From Geosiphon pyriformis uo1 (taxonomy: Eukaryota > Fungi > Glomeromycota), in assembly GCA_016748015.1 (NCBI GenBank), contig JAAOMT010000761.1, forward strand, positions 252,139-316,138: DNA of 64,000 bases, read 5' to 3'. The position numbers were made by a program, and so were the translations under genes. Below are positions 29,000 through 43,430 of the stretch, piece by piece (positions within the stretch are counted from its first letter, which is position 1; each line of letters opens with the position of its first letter). The notes below the pieces were generated by a model. That model had not been told where the DNA came from. It ran no database searches and saw only the letters and a list, made by a program, of their open reading frames with translations.

Positions 29000-31900
29000 G
29001 ATGTTGATGTTTTTTGTATGAAAATTCAAAAGAATTCGGATTCCAAGTTAAATTGTTTAGACGTGATTACAAGTTTTTAATCGTAAGAAGATAGAAACAA
29101 TTTGGAATGAAGAAAAGTTGGTTTAGTTTTTACTTGAAGGTATTTATGTATTTTTTTTCGTTGATCCAAATTTGAAAAAGAAAATTCCATAATACGTACA
29201 TTGTAACTAGGCGTATTTTGATTCACTCTAAAATTTTATTTTTAATTAGGGCTTAGTTGTCTCGACCCAATTTTAGAAATTGATAATTAAAATTTAGGAT
29301 TAGTGATTCACGGAAATTATGATCAAATCATCATTATTTTTAATTTTAGTTAGATTTTTCTTATTTTGATTGCCAGAGTTTCGGTTTCATATAATTTTCA
29401 GGTGTTTTCCGGAATCAGAAATTCACAAAAAAAATATACTTTGTTCCACAAAAATTCCCCCAGTCATGAGCTAACCTTGGAAAGGGATCAAAATCAAACA
29501 GAGCCTCAAAGTAAGTACGAATATGGGTAATTTCCAACGCTGATCATGCAATTGAATGATGTTTGCATGAATTGCCAAGATTGTTTGCATCATTCAGGAG
29601 CCAAGTCTCTCAATCCACAACATTATCATAATGTGGCTTTGGATGAAAAGAGTCCTTTTTAGAAATGGCAGTGTTAAATCGGCGTAAGATTTAACTGGCA
29701 GTATCCTAAAAGAGCAAAAAACCTTAATGAGACGATTCCACAACAATTTGATAGCTTGCTGTTATTAGCAATATTAGTTATGCGTACAAATATTTTTGGG
29801 GCAATCTTTTTTGACAATCACATTTGAAAGTATTCTTTGGAAAAGTATAGGTATTATACATGGGTGAAAATAATAAAAAATTATTTCCATTACTGGGTAT
29901 ATTAATTGCCCGAACTTATGTGATCGATCCCCTATTGGGATTAACATAACGTGGAAAAAAGACTAAATAATTCAACCTAAATTTTTGTTTTTCTAGAAAA
30001 TTCTGGTCGAGTAAGCTCATACGATCAGAAAAAAGAATTTTTTCTTGTGTCCTCAATTTAGGGCAAAGGTAAAAGTTTCAAATTCAGGAGCTTTTTGCAG
30101 GGTTTGTAGCTATGCGTTAATTATTTTCTAAACAAAGGTTATTTTATGCAGTGATGCAGGGTAGTTGGCTTTGATTAAGATTTCTCCCGTTTAAAGAAAT
30201 TACAGTTACGCATTCTATTTTATGACTGAATACAAATTCTTGCCATTCCCGATCGATCAACAAATTTTAATCGGATTAATTAATTTTAGGAAATTCCCAA
30301 TCCAATTAGACCATCAAAAGCTGATGCAATTGTTCCAACAAATTGTTCAACTATTTATCTATTATGATCAATAAGTGGAAATATTTACCTTTGAGTAAGC
30401 ATTTAAAAAAAAATTTACTTCTTTCAATTTTTCTAAAAACTCAACATTTTAATCTTAACCACCTTTCTTTGAACATTAATTAAAATATAATAGAAAATAT
30501 TTATGCAACCTTATTTGTAGAGTTTAATGAAAATTTTACTATTTTCAATTATTTACTTACCATTCTATAATACAGATTACTCTGATATCCTTTGAAAAAT
30601 TAAATATATATATATATTTCGTTATTTAAAAAAGTTGACTCAAAGAATTGATATTAAAAACTTTGAAGAATTATATATATATATATATTCAAACTTTAAC
30701 AATTTTTTTTTCTGTCAAATTGACATAACCACACGTGAAAATACTGGAAAATTAATTAAATAGTTGAAGTTGATAATTTCTAATAAAAAAGATGTATGTG
30801 ATCGATAAAAAAGTTTTCAACGCTCGCATAAATAAAAATAAACATGAAAAATAAAATAAAAAATTATGACTCGATTTGGTATTTTAATTTAAATTACCTC
30901 AGCCTTTCAAACAATAATATGACGAGAAGACTATTATAGTAAAATTGCTTTAAAACAATAGAAGTTTGTTAATACATGCTTTTTGAGCAAAAATGGTTTG
31001 CATAAAGTTTAATTAACTTGGAACAAATGATTTTCCTAAAATGTAAATTTATAAATCTTATAATTTTTGATCTATTATAACTCAGATCAAAGTTATATTT
31101 ACATGATTGTATTTCAAAAATTTTTGATTTTACACATTTTGAAAAAATTTTATTAATAATTTTATAATTTTAAAATGTAAAAATTAAAAAATAATATGAT
31201 TACATTAAAATCTAAAATTTTTACAAAAAAAGAATTTATTAATGATTATATATAAATAATAATTTTTATTTTATTTTAATAAATATCAATTATTATTTTT
31301 TATTTTTATATCTAAATTATTTTATTTACAAACAAAAAAAAAGTGGTAAAAATAATATCAAACATTACACATTATGTTATAAATAAAAACATATATAAAT
31401 AATTATTAACTTAAAAAAAATTAATTAATTAAATTATTAATTTAGTTGAAAAAAAAATAGTTTTTGATAAAAGTTTTATTATATAAATATATTGATTTAG
31501 AAATCTTAATAATATTTAATTAAATAATATTTTGCCAATTATAATATAAATAATTTTTTTTATGCATTTAACTTTTTTAATATGCTGTATTTGTTATTTG
31601 TTATTGTAATTTTTTTTTAAAAATAGAATTTTGTATTGAATAAAATTCAAAAAAATATTATTAATTCAACAGATTACAAATTCAAAAATAAAGAATTTTA
31701 GACATTTAATTAACAAAATCAAAATTTTGATGACAAACTAATTCAAAAAAAATTATAATTTTACATAAATAATATAAAAAACAAAAATTAAGAAATATAA
31801 GATTTTAAAAAAAAATTAATTTGAATAAATTTTTTTGCAGCTTATTAAAATAATATAATAGACTTTGAATTTTTTTAATCAATGGAAATAGATAATATTT

Positions 31901-34704
31901 TACACATATTTCTCATTAATATAATATACGTTTTTTACCTCTTTTAAAACTTTTGAGATAGATAAAATTCTAAAGAACTTGAATAATAATTGTGATAAAT
32001 CTGCTTTTAAATAGCTAACCGTGTGAAGGCTTCAAAAGACCTAATAAGTTCCTCAAATCTATCTTATTGGGTCGATGCATACATGAAAATTTTTTAAATG
32101 AGCGAAATTATAAAAAATTCAATCTACAAACCAGGTAATAATGAAAATAGGCTAAAGAGAGTAGAATATCATGAATGGGTTCCACGAGAGCATTTCAAAC
32201 AAGTTTAGTATAATACACTTTTAAAGGATGGACAAGAATTTGTAATTATCACATTCTCTTGTTGCACTGAGCTGAGTAGACACTAATCCATCGAATCGTC
32301 ACATTTTAATAAGATAAGAAAACTAAGACTACAGTTGAGGAAGCAGAACAAATATTTATCCAAGCGCAAATGAATAAACTGGTCAAATAAGTTTTTTTTA
32401 ATTTGAAATTAATTAAATATTTCACAATTAATATGTCAGCCTTTATTCAGCAGCCATTTAGAAAAAATCAAGTAAAGAAATTCTGAATTTTAAATAAAAA
32501 CTAAATTAAGACATTAGTAATAACAGTTTAATATATAATTGGTTAACTTATAGTGTTTTTATGTATAATATAAATAACAAAAAACAAAAAATATTTTGGT
32601 TTAAAGTGAATATTTGTTATTGAAATTCATTAAATCAAATTTTATCATATCTTTAAATTTCGCATTTTTGAGTTCATTTCTTGAGTATTATTGAGTTTTC
32701 TTAATTATAGTATTGTTTTAGCAATAATATATATATCAGCTTATTTAATTATTTCAATAATATATAATAAAATAACTATATATTAATTTTATCTTTTAAG
32801 AAATTTTCTCCTAATAAAGATAATTCAATTAAATTTGCCTTAATAATCATAAATCAAACATAATTTTTCAAATTTTCAAATTTTCTTTGATATCAAAAGG
32901 GAAATTAACCTTTTTTTCGAAAGTATGTACAATAACCAACTAAGCTCTATCGGAAGAATTTTTAGCTTTTATTGTTTCTTTATTCCAAGTTTTAAATAAC
33001 AATATTTCTGTTGTGGTAATATTTCAGCATTAGTAAATTGTTCTATTGGACAACTTTTATTGTTTTTGTAAATACTTTGATGGAATTTTAAAATTTATCT
33101 TTTAAAAATTATTGATTTCAATTTAACTGTCTAGTGAATTTATATGAAATTTTTTTGAAAAAGATGATTTTAAAATTTCAAGTTTTTTTCTCTCTCTCAA
33201 AAATAACGCTCAATTTATACTATGTAAAAACCTTGCAGCTGTATTTTTTTAAATACACATATTATGGTTATAAATAAATTATTTGTTGTTTATAGTAAAA
33301 TAATTACCATTAGAGTTTAATAATGTCAAATTAATTAATTCTGGTTTAACCATGCTTATTGAGCTCAGCTTACTCGAAAAATTGATGAGAGGTCTAAGTT
33401 TTTTATGAAATAATGAGACACTTCTTCAGAACACACTGCACTAGCATTTTTTAAATAGGGTTTCGTTTTTCCCTTGTCTATATTGTGTCAGAGTGATATC
33501 TTTCCTTGATAAATTTTGCCAAAATTCTGAAAATTGCTTTTATTACTCTTATGTGGAATCACTTGTTCGTTTGTGTAACTAATGTTGATTCAGTTGTTAC
33601 CACGTTTCATCTAAATCTTATCCCTTCTGCTTATTAGGAGGATTTGAATATTAACCAGGTAGTATTTTATATTTTTGTAAATTATTAGTTTAGTAAATAA
33701 TCAAGAGATATAGCTTTATAATTTCGTATTAAAATAGGAATATCAAAATTGAGAGAAAAATAAAAATAAAAAGATTGGATAAATGCCCAAAATGATTAAA
33801 TTTTCTTAAAATGATTGCGATTTAACAATAAATGAGGTTAAGAAATCCCTGAAATCTATAATCAACCTGAAAACAGAAATATGATTTTGCAGTTTCCCAC
33901 AATAGAAAGAAATCAAATATCCAAAATGTCTGAAGAAGTAGAATTTCTCATAAGAAATTTTTACTTTATTAAACTGAGTTTTTTTAAAAAATATTTATAT
34001 AGCTTGATTGCTATTATAAAGAAATTTAAAATTCTTGCTACTATTTTACTGATAAAATCGTTAAATTAGAGGTAATGATTTAAGGTTTTAATTCACTCCG
34101 AAAAAATTTTCTCGCATACCAAAAAATGACTCATGACATATTTAAAATAATCTAAATAAAGTATAAATCGTCATATTTCACAAACAAAGATTTTATTAGC
34201 AGTAAAAGCTTCAAGTCTTTTGATTTAAATTTATTTTTTTTAGAATTAAAAATATCTAAATACTCAATTTTTTTGATTTTCAAGTATATGAGTCAAAACT
34301 CAATTTGCTACAAAGTATATATTTTTTGAGAGCAACTTGGTAGCTTTACTTTATCAATGATAGAAACCCAATATATTTTTGGTTACTTAAACATTCCTTT
34401 ATAAAATTTAAATGCTGGCAACATTTTATTGAACCTTGGTAAAACCAATGAAAATTATATTACTATAGTACTAATACATAATTAATATTAAAGAATAGTG
34501 AAAGAGAAATATGCAGTATCCTTTCGTTGTGAGTAGTTCTATTAATTTTTGCCTTTTATCAAGCGCTAGATAACTAAGTAAAAAGTCCAATTTGCATTAT
34601 ATTAACTTGAAGTATGTAAGCCACAAGTTCCGACGATAATTTTTCACACAATTTACTGGGATGGTCCGAAAAAGAGAACTTTCAATATGAATACTCTGCA
34701 ATTT

Positions 34705-34836
34705 TTACATGATCGAGCATTGACCAGTGCCACTGCCATCGTCTGGGTCACCAGTTGGTCCTTTAATTGAGCCGTTTCCAGGGGCGATAATTGAGAGTGG
34801 ATTGAATGAGGATTGATTGTTGGTTGTTGGTTGCAT
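34705..34836 (-). CDS. 43-aa CAAX-terminated peptide, putative lipopeptide pheromone precursor, copy 1
   Basis: ATG..TAA, MQPTTNNQSSFNPLSIIAPGNGSIKGPTGDPDDGSGTGQCSIM; differs from the other copies only at synonymous sites. Confidence 0.85.
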   Translation of the reverse strand: MQPTTNNQSSFNPLSIIAPGNGSIKGPTGDPDDGSGTGQCSIM

Positions 34837-34951
34837 TTTGTTTAAGTTATTTGATTTGATTTAATTTGATTTTGAGAATTCCGTATCTTTTTCTTTTCTT
34901 TAAGTTCTTTTGGTTGAATTGAATGAAAAGAAATTAGGAAGGCGCGATCAA

Positions 34952-35155
34952 TTTTATAGAAAAATATATGATTAGAAACAATATTAACTGAAACAGAATG
35001 TTAAAAAAGTCAAATTATTATTCCATTTAATCAGAAATCTGATAAACGCATTGTTAAGCTATACTAACAATATCCTAAAAACGGATCAGCTTTTAAAATT
35101 GATTATTTTAGTCGAAAAAGGCAAGATGTAGGTCATTGTTTTTTGCATTACAATA
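34952..35155 (-). promoter_or_regulatory. Promoter of peptide copy 1: TATAAAA (34952-34958) plus clustered AACAAT/ATTGTT sites
   Basis: TATA ~116-122 nt upstream of the ATG; AACAAT 34977-34982; inverted pair CATTGTTA 35049-35056 / TAACAAT 35065-35071; CATTGTT 35134-35140. Conserved in the other copies. Confidence 0.55.
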
Positions 35156-38084
35156 TTATAGAACGAATGCATGAATTTACAATGCCTTAAAAAGCTTTTG
35201 AGTTATACTTGTACAAAAAATACTTGTTTATTAATGGACAATGCTAAAAACTCTAAATTTCGATTATTCCAGTTCCTAATTTTTAACTGTATGTTAATGA
35301 GTATTACATGCGAGAAAATTTATGACCAGCATGCAAAATACTTTTGAATTCATAATTGTAAAAGGAACCTTTTTGGAATCTCTTCGGAAGTAAAATATGT
35401 TTAAAGATTTAGGTTTGCAATTCACTTAATGTGAAATAAAATAGTATTTTTGTTTCTTATTAAAAGTATCAATCTATAAACAAATGCTTTAAATTCAAAA
35501 TTGATTTGAATAGAAATGAAAATATTTTTTAAATTAAAATTAATTTATATTAGGTTCAGCTAAACGCCTGCTAATTTTATTCGTCTAATTTTAAAATAAA
35601 TTATAAGAATGTTTACATTACATGACTCACTTTCTATTTCGTACTCTGAAAAATTTTTGAATGGGAAACTAACTATCAACTTTTACTATTGCAAATTGAA
35701 AGAGTTAATGTTCAACAATTATTCATCTCCATTCGAGCACCATCTCGTTTTCATTCTTCAATTCTTAAGTCAAAAATAGGAAGACGGGACATTTTCAATT
35801 AGAACGAAAAATATTGATGTTTCCTGAGTTTCAAATTAGATATTGTTCTGCTAAAACTATAACTATTCTTTGAATTGTATAACCTGAAGCTTAGGTACTA
35901 ATAAAAAATATCAAATTAAGATTTAGATAATTTATTCATTTTTAATATCAGTTTTATTATCTCATGAAGAGTTTTTCACTTTATCCATTTGTTTTCTTTA
36001 ATATTTTTTGACAGTATTTTCTATATTCTGAAAATTTATTAATGATATTTTCTAATTAAATATTACTCTTTTCGTTAATAATCAAAGAATTCAGCATTCT
36101 TTATAAGTTTTTTTTTACCATTAATTAACATATTTTACTATTTAAACAATATTCTTATGATGAAAATATTGTTTATTTATGATTCAAATTTTATTTAATA
36201 TTTTTATGTGAAAATACTTTGGTTATTCCAAATTTTAATATTTATTATTATAAAGTCATCAATAAAATTTTAAACTTAGATTAAAATAAAAATTTAAATT
36301 CTAAATTTTACATCAAAAGTTGATGCTTGATAGCTAAAAGCACAATAAAGAAAACATGAAAATACAAGTGCAATATAAATTTTTGCTCAGAGCAGTATTA
36401 AAAAGATAATCTTTGACAATAGCAATATTTCTTAGAAGTATTTTTTCAATTGTTAGTATAATAAACTTTAGTATTTTAACTTCTATTATTAATTCATATT
36501 AAAAGTATAATTTAAAGGTGAAATTTATTTCAATTTTAAAAGAAATTTTTATAAAACTTATAACTTCAAATAGAGGATGGAATAAAATAATTTGAGTGTA
36601 GATAAACAGTTAATTTTAGTTTCAATGGATTTTGATCGGAGAAATATGGTTCAAGATTGGTTGATATATATTTATCGCAGGCTTTGGTTTCAGAATTTTC
36701 AAGGTACTTATCAGGTGAATAAATTAAATTTTTTTTATTGTAAATCGTTCAGCTTTTTATGCGAATTGTTTTCATTTCAAGATTTCTATGATCAAATAAT
36801 ATCTGTTACTTTTTTCTCTTTGATAGTATTGTCAGCGTTATTTATTATTAAATTAAATTTCTTTGGAAACTATGAACCATAGAAACTATTGAGAATTAAT
36901 TTAAACTATCTACCGATATTTCTAAATTTTCAAAAATGACTTTACATCTTGCAGTTGCAATGAAAAATAACCTGTTATTTTAAGATAACAATTTAATAGA
37001 ACTTTTTAATTTTCAATTGAGTCCAATATTCTTAATATCAAAGATTCTTCGTATCACAGCTATCATAATCAAAGACTATAAAATTCCATTATCAGATGCA
37101 CTAAAATAAAATTGCGAAAATTTGAAAGGTTATTACCTTCATAATCACTGCTAACAAAAGTATTTATAAACTTTTATTATATCTCTTCTTCTTATTAAAG
37201 TAGAATTTAACTAATAATAAAAGATATATTTTTTAATTTAATTTTGTCAGATTTTTAAGTCACTGAAATAATCAAGAATGAGAATTTTAATAGGAGTGAC
37301 AATTCAATAGATCAACAGATTTAAGAAAAAACTTGATATTTTAATTTCTAATAATTGTTACAAACCCAAATTAATTTTGAATTTTCTTTTTTATTATTAG
37401 CTCACATCAACTTAAATTTTCCAGCTTTAATACAAAAAGTAAAATATTAAACAATCAAGATAACCAAGATAATCAAACTATTTCTCATAACTAATTTCAC
37501 TGATTTTTCACACAATTGAGTATTGAATTTTTACAGGGTTCTTATCAAAGGCTCTTGTATCAAACCTTTAAAAAGTTTAAAAACCGATCTGAATTAGATT
37601 TAATAAATAACTTAATTCAGACGAAATGCTCGAATGTCTTGGGTTGTGTTAAGTAAGTAAAGATTGAACAGGTTCTTATTTGACTTTAAAGTATCACTTT
37701 GCTATTAAGAGATATAGTTTTAAAGATCCAAATAGCTTTATTTTACTTGAGCAAAAAAACTTTTTATGATTCTTGATTTAAAGCCTATCATTACCAAATT
37801 TACATATTAAGATAAAACTAACAAATTATATTACTCTAATGCTAATAAACAATTAATATTAAATAATTGTGAAATAGAAATATGCCGTATCCTTTAGTTG
37901 CGAGTAAATTCTATCGACTTTTGCTTTATTGCTGATTAATAAGAGCTAGATATCTATGTAAAGAGTCCAAGTTTGCATTATATTAACTTGAAGTATGTAA
38001 GCCAGAAGTGCCGACGATAATTTTCACACAATTTACTGGGATGGTTCGAAAAAGAGAACTTGCAATATGAATACTCTGCAACTT

Positions 38085-38216
38085 TTACATGATCGAGCAT
38101 TGACCAGTGCCACTACCATCATCTGGGTCACCAGTTGGTCCTTTAATTGAGCCGTTGCCAGGAGCGATGATTGAGAGTGGATTGAAAGAGGATTGATTGT
38201 TGGTTGTTGGTTGCAT
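38085..38216 (-). CDS. 43-aa CAAX-terminated peptide, putative lipopeptide pheromone precursor, copy 2
   Basis: Identical protein to copy 1; synonymous differences only. Confidence 0.85.
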   Translation of the reverse strand: MQPTTNNQSSFNPLSIIAPGNGSIKGPTGDPDDGSGTGQCSIM

Positions 38217-38403
38217 TTTGTTTAAGTTATTTGATTTGATTTAATTTGAATTTGAGAATTCAATTTCTTTTCCTTTTTTTTGGTTGGATTGAATGAAAAA
38301 AAGTTGGGAAGGCACGATCTATTTTATAGAAAAAGATATGATTAGAAACAATATTAACTGAAGCAGAATGTTAAAAAAGTCAAATTATTATTCCATTTAA
38401 TCA

Positions 38404-38535
38404 NNNNNNNNNNNNNNNNNNNNNNNNNNNNNNNNNNNNNNNNNNNNNNNNNNNNNNNNNNNNNNNNNNNNNNNNNNNNNNNNNNNNNNNNNNNNNNNNN
38501 NNNNNNNNNNNNNNNNNNNNNNNNNNNNNNNNNNN
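38404..38535. other. Assembly gap (132 N)
   Basis: Run of N in the promoter region of peptide copy 2. Confidence 1.
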
Positions 38536-41500
38536 AATTTTTAATTTCCTATTCTATTTGAATAGTTGCTAATTAGAGTGCAAATTGAAACCTGTTAAAG
38601 GCGAAAATAATTTAGGTTCGATATTTTTTCAAAAAAGTTTTCATGTTTTAATAATTCTTTTATTTTCAAATATAAGAAACTTTCAAGTAGAATGAACAGT
38701 ATAGATGTTATGCCAGTTTATGAGTAGAAATTTTTTGCTAAAAAATAAATATTAAAATTCTACATAACGCTATCTATAATCTGAAGCTTAAATAATATTA
38801 ATTTTTTTAAAACAATACCAAAATAAGTGTTGAATTTTTAATATATTCATTCAGAAAATTTATTTAAAGCATTATAAGTTTTACGAGTCAGGTTTATTTC
38901 ATTTTTTGAGTCAGATAATGGTATTTTTAATGGAATATTATTCTTTCAGCATTATTGACCAGAAGCTTTTACTGTGTAAATTATTTTGTGATTGATTAAG
39001 AGGACCAACAACTTTTACTATTCAAATAAAGTTTTGCTTATGACTTCATTTGGTAAAAAAAGGGTCTTCCGATTATAATCAAAAATAACCAATATTGTGA
39101 AAAGCAAGAACAATTCATTTGATCTAAAAAACTCTTTTCTTGAAAACCTTTAATAACTAAAGACACCTAGGAGTGGCTCAATCAAAGACTTACCCATGGC
39201 AACGACGCAGGGAGTGTTCGATCATTATTACTTATATTTTGGTGTAAATCTTAATCAGCTTTATATGCAATTTTTTTTATAAGCTTCAATAACTTTTGAA
39301 ACTTGAAATTTTGATTTTTTTATATTTCTCAAACTTTCCATTTAATCTCTAAATCATATTATCTCACGCAATTAAATCTGAAATAGAACGATGACCCGCA
39401 TATGATAAGTTTCAAAACCTGATTTAATTGATCCAATTTATAAAATATGAAATAACATAAGTATATTTAAAATTAATCAAATTTCATAAAATGAACTGAT
39501 TAATCGAATGAATATAACCAATATTATTAAAACCAAAATTAATCACTGAAATATTGAATTTTTTAAGATAATCAATAAAAGCAATAGTTTTAAGAATATC
39601 AATGACAAATAAGAAAGATCTTAATTCAATTACGAAAAAACCATGTTTATATGTCTTGAACTAATGAAATGCTGAATTTTTGTGGAAATTAAATAAGTTT
39701 TTACATTGAATTTAGCCAATAATTAAAATGGATTCCAATCAAAATTAGCATCGGAAAATGGCAATATAAAAAAAGATGTGGGCTGTAGAATTTTCCTAAA
39801 TTTTCGGACTTTCACTCAGAAAATAGAAGTTTCAATTAAAACAAATTGGTTTAGTTAAAATATATATATAATTTATTTAATGTATTTGTAAATATTTTAT
39901 AAATTATAAAAGTAATAATAATACTTAAAATTGTAGGCTAATTTAACAAAAAATAATTGAAAATTATTCAATAAAATAAAAAAAGCAAAATTTAATACAT
40001 AAATATGATAATTTGGTAAAAAAATTAAACAATTAAAAAAATATAATGAGTGATCAAGATTTTGTATAAATAAAAATATTTAAAATTTCTGTTAGTTTAA
40101 TGCTATTTTTATTTAAAACTATTCTATTGCAAATTGAAGACACAAATGAATAAATAGCAAAAAAGCAGTAAAGTAAATAAAATAACACATCAAATTTTAT
40201 ATCGAAATTATTCAAATAGAAAATCAATTTTAAAACATCAATTTTAATTCAAAAAAAATAATGCTTATTTATCAAAATTAAATGAATATTTTTATATTTA
40301 AGTAATTTACTAACAGATATTTAATTATTTTCAGATTAATTTTGGCAAAATAAATATAGAAAAAATGAAAAATATTTATTAATATAAAATAAACTATTAT
40401 TTAATATAAAAATAACTTTTTAAATAATTATTTTTACAATTTTAAAAAGTTAAATATATATCAAAAAATTAATAATCAATTAAAATTAGTTCAACAAATT
40501 TTATTCAACAATTAAATCATTGATCAAATTAACAATTAAGTTAAAAACTACTTTAAAAACAAAATGACCATTATTGGTATATAAAAATCAAAAAATTAAA
40601 TTCTGGTAAAATAGATTAATTATTGCATAAATTTGTTTTATTTTTTCAAGATTTTATTTACATAAAAGATGATGAATTTTTAATTTTTAAATATTTATAT
40701 ACATATATATTGTATATAATGAAAATAGGTAAACTTCAAAAATGAAAAACCTTTGATTTCAAAAAAAAATTTATAAAATAATAACAACTTAAATTTTGTT
40801 TATTATAATAATTATATTGTATTAATTTAAAAATATATAAATAAAAGAAATGACTTTGATAGACATTTTTGATTAAAAGTTCATTATAATATCAAATTTG
40901 ATAATTTTATTAATTTAAAATATTTCAAAAATAATTTAACAAAATACTTTCAGAATAATTTGATTAATAAACGAATAATTATATAAAACTTTAACTTAAT
41001 TAATAAAAAATTTTGTTTAACATTTTTTAAATTATGAAAACCAATAATTAATCAAAAATACAATATTGATTAAATATCAAGTTTATTAACTTTATTAATA
41101 ACAATTGGAAAAATGGCCTTAAAACTAAAATTTTTAAAATATATAAATAGTTTATTATTGTTACAAAAATAAGACATTTATTTCTTGAACAGCATTTTTT
41201 AGAATTCAATAAATCCTATTGTTATTCAAAAACAATTTTTTTTACTTTTCAAGCTAATTTTAACAAATACAAATAAAAAAAGATATTGACTGGTTCAAGG
41301 AAAAAAGAGATAATTTCTAAAGCTGTAAGAAGTTTTCTTTATATATTTAACAAAAAAATCAGGTCAACATTTAGGTCAATAACTTAGTATATGTTGCAAC
41401 TTAAAATTTAATTCAAACTCTTGTACAAATTTCACTTTTCTTTTTTGAAATTAACTTAAATCCCTATTTGTTGAAACTCTTATCTGGAAATTTTTCTTCT

Positions 41501-43430
41501 AGGATAAAATCTCAATGTAATATATTTTATAAATTTTGATTTATATTTGATTATAAGTTTGGTTTTCTAAATTTAATTCAACACCCTTATAACAGTAACG
41601 CTATAAAGACTTTTAAAATTTCCTACAAATATCTTGATAGACCTCAGATTTGTGATTCAAATCAAAAGAATTTTTAGCGCATTAAAAGTCCAAAGGCAAA
41701 AATTGCTTTTTTTCACTAAAATAAAACTTTTATTATTATTATTCTCTTTCAATTCTTCATATTTTTAAATTTTTAGCTGCCATTTTTTATTCAGGAAGTT
41801 GCCTTTTTCTATATAGCCGATTAATACTTCCTGGCAGAAATATTTTATTCTGTTTAATACATCCTCTCTTCATTTCTAAAGCATAAATGGCCTCCTTCAA
41901 AATTTTCACATACGAATAGCCTCCAATTAGTTTCTCATTTCGAAATTGCGATATATAATTTCTTAAGATCCAGGAGTGTTTTGCCCTAAATGTACAAGTT
42001 TGTTGGGAAATTTTCACTCTTAAATTTTTATTTGCAAACGAGCAATAAACAAAGCTTGTTTTCGAATCAAAGGATTTGACCAAAATTTCTAGTCAAGTCG
42101 AAAAATCTATGCCAGGAACAGGTTTTTTAAGATTCAAATCTAATGATTCAATTATGGTACCACAACTATGTACAACATTTGCGATCGCCCCAAGTACTCT
42201 TTTGCGGGCGCAGTGATTAAAGGGAAATTTTTTCTTTAAAAAACTTTTTCAATGCATAATTTTGTTATCTTATTAATCGAAAATTTGGCTACTTTAAAAT
42301 TTGATAATGATATAATCTGAGTAATTCGTTGATTTTTTTGGCTCTCCATAAGATACTTTCTTTTTAATAATATCCTTGTAAAAAAAACCTGTCAGAGAAT
42401 GATTTGATCCAAATCTTAGGTCTGAATTTTTTTCCTTACTCAAAAAGCAGTATAGGAGTGTGCCTATAAAAAAATGCATTGCAAAGCAAAAAAGAAGCCA
42501 GCCCTTCCGAATAGTCGACTGAACCCCCCAAAAAATTATTTTCCATTGCAAATATAGATTTCCTAAAATTAACCAATTTAATTGGATTCTTCTAACTATA
42601 AAAAGCGCTTTTCTTTATGACCCACAATTGTCTAATTCCAAAGTTTTTACGTCTCCATAAGGTTCTAGAGATCTGCAAGTCAACTTCTTTAAGAGAAATA
42701 ACCCTGATGGCATTTTGCAGAACTTAATATTTGTATCACAAGGTTTTTCCATGGGTTTCGGTGAATCTAACTTCCGTTAGCCGATTCAATAAAAATTACT
42801 TAGCTCGCCGCAATTGAGGAGGTTTTGCCTATCAGCCCAGGAGATATCCCTCTAGGCTTCCGGTAATTTCCGGGGATAATTTCTCATATAGTTTGCAGCA
42901 ATAACTTAATGGTTATGAGTATTCAATATCCTTGTTCTCTTGATGATGAATAGCAAAATAAAATTGCCAGGCCTGGGTTGACATGAATCAAGATTTAATT
43001 ACATCTAGCAATTCAACTTGTAGAAGTTAAAAATCCAAATTTTTGAATTTGACTCATTGAACTCAACTGTTCATTTTATTAATTCGAAGTATCTCCTTGC
43101 ACTTTATTAAATTAATTGTTTGGTATGTTTCACCAATAACAATACTTGATTGCCGATGCACAGGTACTGCAAATGATATATGTTTACCAATTATTTCCGC
43201 CAAACGTCACACGGCAAATTTCCCAATATAGATCACTGGCAATCACATATCATGGGTTTTTGTCAGTTTTTGGGGTCTGATATCAATTTAGCGTATTAAA
43301 TTAATCGAAACTTTATAATTGCCAATAATTTTTTATGTAAAAAATACCTCTCTTACTAAAACATTTCAGAAACCGTTTGAAGTATTCCTCTTTTAGGTTC
43401 ATTTTTCAGTCAAGGATAAAAATAAGAAAC

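Larger units (their letters stand above)
34185..39390. repeat. Segmental duplication block A (peptide copies 1 and 2), direct paralogue of 46850-51550
   Basis: Collinear non-coding similarity, e.g. TTTTATTAGCAGTAAAA at ~34191 and ~46852, and ATTAAATCTGAAATAGA at ~39371 and ~51534. Boundaries approximate. Confidence 0.8.

Noticed and set aside
28200-29080. Overlapping ORFs around the Thr-rich gene
   Set aside because: Antisense or shifted-frame shadows of a low-complexity coding sequence.
34705-34836. Peptide repeat considered as a SINE/MITE, ncRNA or G-protein gamma subunit
   Set aside because: No terminal inverted repeats, target-site duplications or Pol III boxes; variation is codon-periodic; it is too short and Gly/Pro-rich for the helical G-gamma fold.
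41787-42985. GC-richer minus-strand region with interrupted frames upstream of the F-box gene
   Set aside because: Multiple stops and no recognisable domain; possibly a pseudogene but unsupported.
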